Positions 25,820 to 39,587 of a stretch of DNA of 64,000 nucleotides are shown one piece after another. The position numbers and the translations under genes were made by a program. The DNA is taken from positions 32,860,001 to 32,924,000 of the forward strand of contig OX597828.1 of NCBI GenBank assembly GCA_951406725.2. Direction: 5' to 3'. The DNA comes from Octopus vulgaris (taxonomy: Eukaryota). The notes beneath the pieces were generated by a model that searched no databases, was not told the origin of the DNA, and was given only the letters and a program-made list of their open reading frames with translations. Numbering within the stretch: the stretch's first letter is position 1; every line of letters begins with the position of its first letter.

Positions 25820-26107
25820 TATACAAAGACAGTATGTTAATATTCTGTGCGTCTGTGGTATTCATATATTAATTATGTTAAAATACGTCGACAGTCGCTA
25901 GGCAACCAGATAGATACGTGCATTTTAGCGTGTATATAGTTAAAACAGAGAAAATAAATTATTAGAGTACAAGCATATGTATAACAGACTTTAAACTATT
26001 GAAGAAAACAATGCGAGGAAGGAGAAAAGAGATGACGAAGAAACTCAGAAGAGAGGAAGAAGAGAATAAAGTAGGTTTGTTGCAATAGATTACAGTTTGA
26101 AATGAAG

Positions 26108-26283
<176 letters not shown>

Positions 26284-26469
26284 TACAGAAACACTGGTTA
26301 GATGTATAATTTAAAGTTTCAGATTGAGTATATTGATATATAAAGAAAATAAATAGTATCACAAACATACATACACAAAGATAAAGAGATCAAATGCGTA
26401 TATATACACAGATCTGGAGCCGGCAAGGCGAGTTTATATATATATATATATCATCATATCATCATTATC

Positions 26470-27097
26470 ATCATCATCATCATCATCATCGTTTAACGTC
26501 GCCCTTAAATGCTAGCTTGGATTGGGCGATTTGACTGAGGACTGGTGAACCAGATGGCTGCACCAGGCTCCAATCTGATCTGGTAAAGTTTCTACAGCTC
26601 TATGCCTTTCCTAACGACAACCACTCCGAGAGTGTAATGGGTGCTTTTATGTGCCACCGACACGACAGCCAGTCAGGCGTTACTGGCAACAGCCACTCTT
26701 AAATGGTGTTTTTTTTACGTACCACCTGCACAGGAGCTTGTCCAGCGGCACTGGCAACAGCCTCTCTCGAATGTTTTTCACGTACCACCGGCACATATGT
26801 CAGTAAGGCTACGCTGGTCACGATCACGCTCGAGCGGTTCTTTTTACGTGCCACCGGCACTGAAACCAGTCAGCTGCTCTGGCAACGATTACGCTCGAAT
26901 GGTGCTCTTAACGCTCCACTAAACCGGATGCCAGTCATCAAATATGATTTCGATTTCGATTTCACTTGCCTCAACAGGTCTTCGCAAGCAGAGTTTAGTA
27001 TCCAATGAAGGAAAGGTACGCATAAGTGGTCTGGTTACACCCATGGCATAGGGCACGAGTTATGCTCTCACTCGGCTTGCCGGGTCTACTCAAGCCA
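26470..27097 (-). mobile_element. RTE-type LINE 3' region with (GAT)n tail and internal ~65-bp tandem repeat
   Basis: The minus strand ends ...GACGTTAAAC(GAT)n and contains GTCGTTAGGAAAGGCAT.GAGCTGTAGAAAC, an RTE-associated motif. About 4.5 tandem units at 26637-26940. Confidence 0.65.
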
Positions 27098-27114
27098 ATA
27101 TATGTGTATATATA

Positions 27115-27225
27115 TATAACGGGAAGCTTTATGTAAATAAACAAAAGACGAAGGCAGGTGGAATACAAACAAACAATTGTATTAGTATGGCGCTCGGGAA
27201 TATAAATAAAACAAGTCTTTTACGT
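27115..27225 (-). mobile_element. Penelope-like terminal fragment between (TA)n tracts
   Basis: Homologous to 59746-59845 (CAAAAG.CGAAG.CAGGTGG...AAACAAACA..TGTATTAGTAT). Confidence 0.6.
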
Positions 27226-27620
27226 ATATATATATATATATAAACTTGTGCGTGTGTGTGTATTATTTAAACAGTTTGATTCGGTTGTATGAGACTTATA
27301 GTTTCGCAGGCCTGTAACAGAAGACCTCTCACTTTCAGGCTTTAAATTACCGAATGGAGAGATACAGGTGTTGCAAGATGGTTACCAGGAGATAATTTGC
27401 TATTGCTGAAGGAGATGGGCGGGAAAGAGATAGAGTGGGGATAATTTTTTTTTTTTAAATGTCATGGTGTTGACAAAGACTACCCGTTGCTCATCGACAT
27501 CGGTTCCTTTAGAAAGTGGAATTTCTTTAACCGCATGGCTGGACAGGAAGCTGATGGCACCTAAACGTCTGGGTGACACAGAAGTAAATCCGGTGAGTGC
27601 TCTTGTCTGTTTGTGTAAAT

Positions 27621-28004
27621 TTTTTCGGAAGCACTCCGTCGGTTACGACGACTAGGGTTCCGGTTGATCCGAATCAACGGAACAGCCTGCTCGTGAAATT
27701 AACGTGTAAGTGGCTGAGCACTCCAAAGGCACGTGTACTCTTAACGTAGTTCTCGGGGATATTCAGCGTGACACAGAGAATGACAAGGCCGGCCCTTTGA
27801 AATACAGGTACAACAGAAACAGGAAGTAAGAGAAAGTTGTGGTGAAAGAGTACAGCAGGGATATACCACCATCCGCTGCCGGAGCCTCGTGGAGCTTTAG
27901 GTATTTTCGCTCAATAAACACTCACAGCGCCCTGTCTGGGAATCGAAACCGCGATCCTATGACCGCGAGTCCACTGCCCTAACCACTGGGCCATTGCGCC
28001 TCCA
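27621..28004 (-). mobile_element. SINE family E (tRNA-derived head), full length with 13-bp TSD
   Basis: Head GGAGGCGCAATGGCCCAGTGGTTAGGGCAG...GGTTTCGATTCCC (A/B boxes), short A-tail. TSD TGTTTGTGTAAAT at 27608-27620 and 28005-28017. Confidence 0.93.
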
Positions 28005-28351
28005 TGTTTGTGTAAATATGGGTTTGCGTACTCTTAAGATTGCGGGTGTGCTGATGTAGGATGTATGTGTGTAGACGTGATGTACGCTAGTGTAGCTTCG
28101 TGTACTTATGCGTATGCAACTGAGTGTATGTGTATGAGAATGTGTGTGTATGTTTGTAGGTAGGCGTATGTTTCATTTACGAAGAGCATATATACATGTA
28201 TGTTAAAATTCTCTACCTAATTTACATGTCTGTTTTACGAATGATGCCGTTTTGTATTCATTTTTACCCTCTCTCTCGCTCCTGCCCTCCCTCTATCTCT
28301 CTCTATATATATATATATGTGAATATGCATATATGTATGTGTATATATATG

Positions 28352-28395
<44 letters not shown>

Positions 28396-29127
28396 TATAT
28401 AGATATACATGCAAACACACATATATGCATATTCATATATATATATATATACACATATATATATATATATATATATATATGCATATGCATATACACACAA
28501 AGAGAATATTTCTCGCTGTAGAAAAATGGTGCCTACAGCTAAACATTTTATCCATGACAAAACAGAATGAATGGCTTCCTTACGGGTAGGAATATGCCCC
28601 AAACATATTTGAACTGGTAATAACCTTCTATTCATATACATCACTCCTTAGCGTTACTACTCCGCAATACATACATTCGTATATACATACATACTTGCGT
28701 GTATGTATTCATGTATGTATATCTACATATATGAATTCTATAATTATATATGTATACGTATATGTATATGTGTATACACACAGACACCCACACACACATA
28801 TGTGTATATGTGTATATATATATATAACGGATGCGTCGATAAATGAAAATACGCATTTGATGGGTGAGAAAATGATAGTGTAACCGTTAAAGAGATAGTC
28901 ACGAAGGAGTATTGAGGATTGTTGCGTTCGTAAAACGTGAAATATTTAATCAGGGTGAGATAAACCAGAAGTAGTTAAGCGCGTGTATATGAAGGCGACG
29001 TGATTGACAAATAATATACTTTGGAAGACGTGAGAAATGTAATCCATTCTTCCAAATTCAAATGCTGGCTTTGTGCCAAAATTTGAAACCATTATAATCA
29101 TACTTGCTATACCTATTATCATTGATT

Positions 29128-29600
29128 AAGGCGGTGGAGCTGGCAGAATTGTTTACACACCGGGCAAGTTGCTTACAGAATTTTGTCCGTTTTTACGTTC
29201 TGAGTTGAAATTCCACCGGGATTGACTTTACTTCTCATACTTTCTGGGTGAATTAAAATAAAAACTAGTTGAGTACTGGGTTCCGTGTGTTTGACTAATG
29301 CCCTCTCCCACAAAAGATATCTAAAGCCTTCTACCAAAATTTGAAACCAATATTATCACTATTATTATTACCATTATAGTTATTACAACTATTATCATAA
29401 CTATTATTAATATTGTAATCGTGGGCAACGAGCTAGCAGAATCGTTAGCACGCTGGACGAATTGCTCACCGCCACCTCCTGAGTTCAAATTCCTCCGAGA
29501 TCGACTTTGCTTTTCAGGGTCGATTAAATAAGTACCAGTTACGCACCCGGGTCGATGTAATCGACTTAATCCTTCTCCTTCAAATTCGGGGCTTTGTGCT
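29128..29600 (+). mobile_element. Two diverged SINE family A copies (29128-29350, 29422-29600)
   Basis: GAGCT.GCAGAAT.GTT heads, GAGTT.AAATTCC B-boxes and core remnants. Confidence 0.75.
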
Positions 29601-29602
29601 TC

Positions 29603-32150
29603 GTTGTTGTTCTTTTTTATACGGATCTCCTTCAGATGCATCAAGAAACACCATCTTAGATGTCTTAGTGCGGCTGTTTTTAATAACTAGCAGCGATGAT
29701 TTATTTCTGGGAAGGAGAAAGATACTCAGAGTGAAGATTTGCTTAAAAAGGTTATAATATTCGTGATTTTGAAATATTTGAAAAATTCTCATATCCTCAA
29801 GTCCACAATGCTTTCCTTAGTATCTGCACTATTTAAAAGACAATCATGGTTGTTGGTATATTCAGTTGAAGCTAGCGTAGAGCAACCCGGACTAAAGTAG
29901 TCAATCCTTTCAAATGCGACAAGAAGGATCAACGCCAGTTGTAAGAATGTTCGCTTCCTAATTTATATTAGAAGCACCGATATTGAGCTGCGATTATGAA
30001 GCCCGATGTTTCTCGTTTAAGTCCAGGTGCAGTGAATCACTGATAAATCATATTTTTATCAACACCTGAATTGCGAGCCCTTCTAGGGTATTCAGCATGT
30101 AATGCCTTACTTATTCATCTATTATTCATCTCTAATATTCCATTTGATTTGGTTTGTACATTTATTTGTTTTGCATTCAACTGTGTTCTTGTGTTTTATC
30201 TTTTTTTGCACCTCAGATTCAACGATCATTAATGCCTTTGGAGGAGTTCTAGATTTTTCTTTTAAAGTATTTGGCATTAGCACGTATGTCAAACTCAGCA
30301 TCGTAATTAAACTGTTTTACGATAATTAAAAGACCTTGCGGTTGTTTATCACTTTTCGCGAAATGATTTATGTCATTCATGTAAACGAGGTGATAAGCTC
30401 CGTGCAAACGAGAACAGGCGTTAGAGCATCACGCAGAAAAATACCCGCTGTCTATATTAATGTTACCAACGTTCAGAGCATTTGTTTCTGAATTCAGTAT
30501 TAAAGCTGCCTTCATACTATTTCACAGGGAATTGCCAGTTACCGGAGAAGTACTAAATTTCCAAGTGTCTCTCAAATCAGCTATGGGGATGGCTATAAAA
30601 CACATTTCGCAATGAATCAAGGCAATAAGAAGACTTTTGTACCGTGTATGGTAGACCTCTATAATCATTTTATTGATTAAAAGCTGATCTTTGTGTCATA
30701 CGAGTCGCGTTTACAGGCTTTAAAGTTTGTTAACAAATATCATGTAGCGTTCAGACACGTACATTCGGTAATGATGGAAGTTAGAAATTTTGACTCGGTT
30801 GGAAGGTCAATGGCTTAGTGGTGTATTACTTTCATCCGTTTGGGACAGAGATTATTCAACTTTACCAGACAGGGATGGGTTTTCCATGGGTCATGTATAC
30901 AGAAGTGTCAATCTTTCAAAGGTTTCTTGTCGAACATTCAACCAGAAATAAGTGTTTCTCCTTTTTCCAAGTAATTACAAGTAATTACATTATTTCTATT
31001 GGCAAAATTTTCGTTGCAAACCTAAGATCTTTGACGGAGATATTTTTCCATATTTGGTCACTGTGTCCTTTATTTATAGAAGGATCCATGGAGCATCACT
31101 ATTGTGTTATTTGGTATTCGAACTGATTGATTTCCAAAGTTTTTGAACTCCCCTCTTGCTGGATGTGGTTTTGAGTTAGATAAATTTTCACAATTTTGCA
31201 ATAGGAGTTTTTAGTTTTGGAACATGATTTTATCCTTGAAAAAGTCTGATCTTTTGTCGAACATCGATAAATTTGCTGCTTTAAGCGAGATCATTTACTT
31301 GAGTTCTACGATTACTTTATCGATTTCACTTCTCCTTTCTCTGCCATATTTACTTTTCACCTTCTTAGCTTTTGGTTCATTAACATCTTTGCTTTTGATG
31401 TTCTTGAATATTTGAATATTAGACCGAAGTACATTAATTTTATTTCTAATTCTCTCTTATCATGTTGGTTTCTTGTTTATATGTTGAGACATTCTCTTTA
31501 CTTGAATACCACACAACGTATTGGTTACTGAAACCGTAACATACATTATTCAGTGAGGTAAGATTTACTTCATTTTTATTCCAGATAGATATTATAATTG
31601 CATTTACTTTACCTATTATTTTCAGATTTCATTTTGCACTTCGAATCTTTTGAAGACCACTGCGATTTTCCGGTTTGATGGGTTTGACCATTCTAATAGA
31701 ATTTTAGTCGACATATTTTCAAATTCCGTATCTGTGTTTCCACTTCGATTGTATCGATCACATTTAGTTCAGTGGCAGTGGCTATTTTCTGGTATAGTTC
31801 GGTTTGGGTATTTCTTGTATCAGGTTTTACTTCTATATTGGAAGGCGATGTGGCATCATTATTTGCATTCTCATGGAAATTACTATTGATCTGAACATAT
31901 ATTTGAATCTGTTGGCTATCCATGTCAGTCAATGGCATAGTTCTAATGACATTCCTGAAAACTTTAGCAGATTTCCTGTTATCTATGTATAGCCCATTGG
32001 TAGTTATTGTCTTTCTCTAGTTTAAGCATGTTTGTACGATGGAATCTCGATTTTAGTACAATAAGCCTCTGGAAAACTCTTGTGGATTTTCTATTGTCCA
32101 TTGTTCTCTTGTTTTAGCTTTATCAGATGAAAATGTCCATAAAAGACGCA
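29603..32150 (-). mobile_element. Old, nearly full-span R4/Dong-clade non-LTR retrotransposon with many internal deletions
   Basis: Colinear motifs: REQWT, LYIDNRKSA, NFWKSI..HNSDAPWI, FLTSIITE, KDQLLINKMIIE, HPHS, YHLVYMNDI (YMDD box, about 30380), KALHAEY, GLKRETSGFIIAAQ, DPSCRI...GCSTLASTEYTNNHD (CCHC knuckle). Confidence 0.88.
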
Positions 32151-32571
32151 AGCACTGCGGAAGTAAGTGATCTTCATAAAATATTATATTACTTCACACT
32201 GAGTATTTTTTTAGATTTATCTCTACTCAAACTTTTCACTTGTTTCTTGCAGTGTGTTGATTCGCGGATTCAGTGTCCATGACATTTATTTTTCAGGGCC
32301 TCCTTCAGAGCTGATGGGATGAAGAGAGACTTTGTCAAGAAGCCGCAAATATAGTACGAATATCGTGTTTCAAGAATGACTTCTGCTAAAGGCACCGGAT
32401 GACCAGGCAGGAAATAACACCCAGGACAATATGACACAAATGCACGCGCTACGTACAGAAAGATACAGACACGCACACGTTCGTGTGTGCGATTATACAT
32501 ACTTAAATATGATTCTATATGCATATATATATATGCATATATATATATATGTACATATATATGTATGTATA

Positions 32572-32602
<31 letters not shown>

Positions 32603-33390
32603 GGAGGTGGTATGTATGTATGCATGCATATGTATATCTATGTTTGTATGAAGGAGAGAGATAGAGAATGTGAGCTCAAGAATTTGTTTTTTGTGCCAGT
32701 TGATATCTATTCATATATTATACGCTTTTTTTTCTTTTGTTCAGTGTTTTGTTGTCGTGGTTGTTGCAGTTGTTATATTGCTTCTACTGAGCTTGTGATA
32801 GTGATTTAGCTTGTGCGTGTTTTTACTTTGGCATATTGCCAGCGGTTTAACTTTGAAAAGGGTTCGTGTGAAGCATGACCAGATTTAGCGCGCATGAGCC
32901 TTTCAAAGGATCTACGACCGCAGCCGTGAAATATCAATGCTAATACAAACACACAGAACACGCATTGTCAGTTCAACATATCAAAAAACCTTTCTTATTC
33001 CTAATTTTATATCTTTTTTTTCCACCACATGCCTCTTTTGTTTGTATAATTCTTTTTTTTTTTATTTCATTTTGTATGAAGATTTCTATATTTTGTTGTT
33101 TGGTCCACGTCATGCTTTACTTGTTACCGAATCAATCTTGCATAATTCAATATTGACAAAGACTCAGCATCGGAACTAAATTATATCCATAAAAAGAATA
33201 ACTGAGAAAATTATACCAAAAAAATATATATATAAAAATTTATCACCAACACGTTACGTAGATTTACATGTATTTTGTTACCTTCTATTAAGTTTTGTTT
33301 TCTTCATTATATACACCTGTATACAAGTATATATTCCCATGAATATATATATAAAATATATAGATTTTTGTATATTATATGTATATATAT

Positions 33391-33473
<83 letters not shown>

Positions 33474-33780
33474 TGTATGTGTGCGTGTGTTCGCATGTAT
33501 TCATGTGATTTTGTTTGCGTAGGTGTGTGTTAAAACGTGTGCCCAAGTATACCTATGTATCTTCATAAATGTTTGAGTCTATTATATGTGTGTGATTACA
33601 TAATTCAATCGTTGAGGTGTTAGGTTCTCTAATGTTTGTTTGTGATTGAATATCTATAATGCATTAATATTCATAGCGACGAGAAAGAAAGAAGAAAAGG
33701 GGACAAATAACGTTAGATTCCGTTCTATATACGTCTATATATATATGTATGTAAGTATAAACATATATATATATATACAC

Positions 33781-33841
<61 letters not shown>

Positions 33842-34355
33842 TGTGTTTACTTTATTATATTGGAAATTATTTGTAGTTTTGCAAATTATTCATTCTATAT
33901 GGTGATACAATTCTATAGTGGCATATTCCTTTTGTTCGGCGATATCACTACTACAATATAGCCGCATATCAGTTAATGAAGCTGTGATGTTACAGCTACA
34001 TATATTATGCACCAGATATGATGTAGAGCGATAGCTTGCTGCAGTGTGACGGCACCCCGTCACTTAATGTTTACTGAAAACTTTTTTTTCCCCCGCGATC
34101 ATCATTTTATCTAGCTACCATATATAAGGCTATTTGCAAGTGAGTATTATTGTGTGAGTGTATATGCACAACAATATATATGAATATGTGTTTGTATATA
34201 TATATATATATATATTATATATGTATATATATCTATGGATGGGTGGGTGAATGGATGGATGGATTACGTATGCATGTACGTACGTACGTATGTATGTGTA
34301 TTCATGTGTATGTATGCATGTATGTGTATATAATTAATGTAGGTAGTTGCGCATA

Positions 34356-34544
34356 TATTAAATCATAATACTTTCAAACATATCATATTGAGAGTTCTTC
34401 TTTGCGTGTGATGGCTTATGTGTCTCAGTGACACTGACCGCTATGACAGAGGATTGTAAGCTTCTAGCAGGGTCTCCGATGCTAGACAGATAAAAGAATA
34501 GCTGAAATACTAATATGGACGGCCAAATACTAGAGATAAATATA
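34356..34544 (+). repeat. Exact 189-bp direct repeat, copy 1
   Basis: Identical to 35890-36078 on base-by-base reading. Confidence 0.95.
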
Positions 34545-34788
34545 GCGTTAGGTATGTAATGAGAGTGAGATGTAGAGAAAGAGAGAGAGAGTGTGAGTGA
34601 GTGAGAGAGAGAAATGGATAAATGGGTGTTTTATATGGATAAAAACCCCCATATTGCATGAATGAAGGTTTTTATACCTGCATATCCTCCAATATTTTAT
34701 GAAATTTCACTACCTGTGACTTCTAAGTGTGAAAGAGTTTGCACTAATCACGACCAGCAAACCGCTTTCATGATATATATATATACAT

Positions 34789-34860
<72 letters not shown>

Positions 34861-35641
34861 CGCTTTCTTTATTTTTAATCATTCTAAAACTTGATTCTTG
34901 TCACATGTTGCTATTCTGTTTTGCCATGTTATTTGGATAATCTTTTATAGTTATTCCTACGACGTGACTTAATCATTGAGAGTTCCTTTGCATCGTCAAA
35001 TTTACTTTGAAGCAGTTCATGAACATATAATGTTTGACATTCTTCTTTTCACTTTGATTCAAACATGCCAGTGGTTCTGAATAACCTTTTGTTTACAGTA
35101 AAAGCAATGATCCTCTGTGCACTGGACTCGTGTATACATAAGATTTTGCTCCAGTTCGTATCCGAAAGCAAAGACGATTTTGAAACTGTATTTCAATAAA
35201 ATTGTTGAAATTCAGTTTATTGCCAATTCTCTCTTTCCTTTTTAAACACAGAACATTTTATTTCTACCCCCCCCCCCCCCATTTCGATTATAATCTCATA
35301 TGCAGTGTGGAAATATTTGTGTTACATGTTAGTTTTCTAAATTGAATATATTTCTAGCAGCATTCACAGAAGCCTCGTATTATTTTCCGATTTCAGATAT
35401 TCTTGATACTTCCTGTTTAATAGTTCGTATTATTCAGCATTTCCTTTTTTTTTACAGTTTACAAAATGGCTACGGATTGCTTCATTATTTTAAACTTATT
35501 TTAAATTCATTTCTGTAATATTCTGTATAATCTGCGGCCATCATTTCGCTTGATTTAAAACCAAAGTTTACGTTTTAAATATTTCATAGATTGTTAGTTT
35601 TTAACCCCAGTTCAGTTTCTGGTTAAAGAAAAGTATATAGC

Positions 35642-35880
35642 TGGAGATTGAATCAACACATAAAATGTGTAAAGTCATATTTAAGTTATTATATTTTTCA
35701 CTTATTTTTTGGTATCCTGTTCCATTAAAGTCTCGAGATAAAAGTGGCCCCTTTGGTAGTCTTTGAAGTAATTTGTCAAGATGTCATCAGAAGGTGATTG
35801 GATGTTCTTCTTTCATTTGTTTTGGGATAATATTAAATGGAGCAGGGCCCATTTGAGGTATAACCGATAGTGAGAGTATA
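35642..35880 (+). repeat. Diverged ~240-bp direct repeat, copy 1
   Basis: Shares TGGAGATTGAA, ATAAAATGTGT.AAGTCAT, GTAGTC.TTGAAGTAATTT and TCTTCTTTCATTTG..TGGGATAAT.TTAAA.GGAGCAG with 36462-36690. Confidence 0.85.
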
Positions 35881-35889
35881 ATTTGATTT

Positions 35890-36078
35890 TATTAAATCAT
35901 AATACTTTCAAACATATCATATTGAGAGTTCTTCTTTGCGTGTGATGGCTTATGTGTCTCAGTGACACTGACCGCTATGACAGAGGATTGTAAGCTTCTA
36001 GCAGGGTCTCCGATGCTAGACAGATAAAAGAATAGCTGAAATACTAATATGGACGGCCAAATACTAGAGATAAATATA
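35890..36078 (+). repeat. Exact 189-bp direct repeat, copy 2
   Basis: Identical to 34356-34544. Confidence 0.95.
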
Positions 36079-36461
36079 CATCTGCGTAGAAAATAGCAAA
36101 GTTACAGAAGTATCGATGATTGTTCGAAACTACAAAGACCTCAGAGACGAGAGATTGGCAGTTCAGAATCTAGAACATAGCGAAGAATAGACATCGATAG
36201 CCTATACTCTATAAGGAGTGAAGAGCTTAAATGAGTATTTAAAGATACATTATATCTATGACGATAGATTGAAAAATTGATTGGTACGCACATACATATA
36301 TATAGACACACACACACACATGCATATATATATATATGAGGATACACACATATAGAAATATACACATCCTGTTGACCAGTTTCTATTGTAAGCTCTCTAA
36401 GCCAATTTAAAAGAAAGTCCATCATAAATTGTAATTTCTCATTGCACTACTCCCAAACGAT

Positions 36462-36690
36462 TGGAGATTGAACAGATAAAATGTGTCAAGTCATTTTTAA
36501 GTCAGGTTTTTTGGCATCATGGTCGATTCAAGTACCCTGTTTCGTAGTCCTTGAAGTAATTTATTGAAATATCACTTGACGTTATTTGGGTGTTTTTCTT
36601 CTTTCATTTGCTATGGGATAATGTTAAACGGAGCAGAGCCTGAATTCTATAGGCGGTGGGGATTTTGGAAGGTGAGTCTAAACATTGGAT
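36462..36690 (+). repeat. Diverged ~240-bp direct repeat, copy 2
   Basis: See 35642-35880. Confidence 0.85.
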
Positions 36691-36947
36691 GGATACTGAA
36701 TTTTACTTTACAGTTGTCTGGAAAATACCAGTGGTATTATCTCCACCTTGTGCAAATAATGTAGCGCTCACGGTGGCGCTGTATCGAATTAAATGATATA
36801 TACATAACATATATCATTTGATTCAATTCATCCGTCACTTGACAATATAGAATGATTAAAACATAGAATCTGAGTTTGTGAAGTTTTAGTAAACAGCAAA
36901 CTTTAACATACATACAGATACATATTACATATACGTAAATACATACA

Positions 36948-36994
<47 letters not shown>

Positions 36995-37154
36995 CAGAAT
37001 TCTTAGTCTCGAGCTTTTTAAAATTCTTTGCTTCACTTTTTAACGGTCATCTACACCTGGACAATGTGTAATATTTTTTTTATCGTAGTAAGGAAGAATA
37101 AAATAAGATGCTGTCAAGCAAATGTCTATCTTGCTTTGATATCTCTTTGTAGCT

Positions 37155-37236
<82 letters not shown>

Positions 37237-37742
37237 TTATGTATGTATGTATATATGTACGTTTGTATGTATGTGTATGCGCATGTGTGCGTGTGTGTGC
37301 GTATGTGTGGATGTTTTTCAATAATATTGCAGAGTGTCGGCCAGACATACGACAATGAATTAAATTTTCAAGTGTTGTACTTATTAATAACAGAAGAAAG
37401 ATATTGTATTGTACAGGTGGAATTGCCATCAATTTCGCCAGTGTCAATACCAAAAGCTATTTCGCAGCTTGGAATAAGTAATAGAATAAATCTCAAAATT
37501 TCTGTCTGACGAAATCTATTGGGTATTTGTGTAAAGCTCCTAGGCAGCTGTACGCGGTGCCTGGTGGTGGCTTAAACATGGTACCTTATCACCATTGTTA
37601 TTCTTTTCTCCTTCTTCATATCATTATTAGTATTATTAGTACATACTGATCATGGACACGTATACACACACAGACACACACATATATATGTGTATATATA
37701 TATATATATATACATACACACAAACACACACACATATATACG

Positions 37743-37800
<58 letters not shown>

Positions 37801-38324
37801 GAGAGACAGACAGACTGAGAGTCGTAGAGGTAGATACATAAATGGATAGATAAACCGGCAGACAGAGAGATACTGTTTGATAGAGAAAGTTCAACTGAGA
37901 GATAAATAGACACATTTATAGACATATGGATAGATATATAGACCCATAAAGAAAGATACACAGATACAATGACAGATATATGTGCGTGTGTATGTATGTG
38001 TACAAGTTTGCGTGTGTTCGTGTGTGTTTCTTTATGTGTGTCTACGGGTAGACATTTATTGATTGTCAATGTGCGATGTTCGTGAATGCTGGTTGGTCAT
38101 CTGTATGTATAGTTCTTGCACAAAAATTTCATTTACATATTGACCAATGAATCTCATCATGTAATTATTGACTACGTAACAAGTCCAATATACTTTCCTA
38201 ATGTCTAGTCTCGTGGCGGGTGATATTCTGCGAATGCCATTGACAAAGACCCATTCTCCATACTTTATCAATAAGTACAACCTATCAACCTCTACCTCGG
38301 ACGCTCAAAGAGACACCGTTATAT

Positions 38325-38710
38325 TTTACTTGCTTCAGACATTAGAACGCGGCCATGCTGGGGCACACCCTTCAAGAGATTTTAGGGATTTCGTATTTTT
38401 TTTTTGTATTTGAATGTATTGATTTCAATTTATTTTCTTTAAGTCTCGTACTTATTCTTTTCCCTCTCTTTTGCCTTACAGGGACGCAAACAAATCAACA
38501 TCGGCTGCCATGAAGGTGGAGGGGCAGACTAACACAGAAGTCACACACAATTTTATATATTTTCTTTTATCTTTTATTAGTTTCAGCCATTTGACTGCGG
38601 CCATACTGGAACATCGTGTTTTAGTCGAACAAATTGACTTATTTTTGTAGGCCTAATGCTTATTTTATCGTCGTCTTTTGCCGAACCGCTAATTGACGGG
38701 GACACACACA
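38325..38710 (-). mobile_element. Two adjacent old SINE B 3'-module fragments
   Basis: GCGGCCATGCTGG (38349) and GACTGCGGCCATACTGGA...CTTTTGCCGAACCGCTAA (38593-38692). Confidence 0.7.
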
Positions 38711-38750
38711 CACACATATATATATATATAATAAAAAATATATGTGTGTG

Positions 38751-38799
<49 letters not shown>

Positions 38800-38801
38800 T
38801 G

Positions 38802-38887
<86 letters not shown>

Positions 38888-38966
38888 TATAAATATATAT
38901 ACATATATTGGTACGAACTGTGTAAACAACATGAAATACGTGAACATTATATATATATATACATGC

Positions 38967-38994
<28 letters not shown>

Positions 38995-38997
<3 letters not shown>

Positions 38998-39105
38998 GGC
39001 CTGTACCTTAATGGTTAGGATATTTACCCCACGATCGGAAGGTCGTGAGTTCTGTTCCCGGTAACGTGTTGTGTCCTCTAGCAAGACACATTATTTAACG
39101 AGTAA
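38995..39105 (+). mobile_element. Degenerate SINE C head
   Basis: GAAGGC...TGGTTAG...GGTCGTGAGTTC.GTTCCCGG..CGTGTTGTGTCCTCTAGCAAGACAC matches 6189-6300. Confidence 0.7.
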
Positions 39106-39379
39106 GTTGTTCTGTTTGTTTCCGTCTAACAATAATACATTGTGATTGAAAGCTTACAGTACATGAGTGTATATATGTTTTTGTGAACGCGCACGTGTGT
39201 GTGTATATGTGCGTATGGGGAGGTAGAGAAAGAGATCTATTAAAATGAAAGTCTAAATAAATCTAATGTTTTCCTACCTTGAAGAATTTGCTGCAAAAAC
39301 AATACTCGATCATCCAACTAAACCATGGGACAGATTGACAGTCCTGTCCCACTTTACTCTGTATCGAGCCATCTAATAT

Positions 39380-39587
39380 TGATTTCAAATTTGCGCACAA
39401 GGCCAGCTACTTCGTTGGACGAGGCAGCTCAATTACATCCACCCCAGTGCTCAAATGCTAATTATTTTATCGACCCCGACAATGATGAAAGGGAAATTCG
39501 ACCATGGCGGCGTTCGAACTCAGAATGCATCGACGATGAAAAACGGCGAAACATTTTGTCCGGTGCAATAACGATTCTGCCGCCTTC
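39380..39587 (-). mobile_element. Old SINE family A
   Basis: TTTTATCGACCCCG...GATGAAAGG...TTCGAACTCAGAA...AACGATTCTGCC is the reverse complement of the family A core and head. Confidence 0.7.

Noticed and set aside
26637-26940. CRISPR-like repeat/spacer periodicity
   Set aside because: The 'spacers' are homologous to one another, the repeats are degenerate, no cas genes are present, the context is eukaryotic and the array lies in a LINE 3' region.
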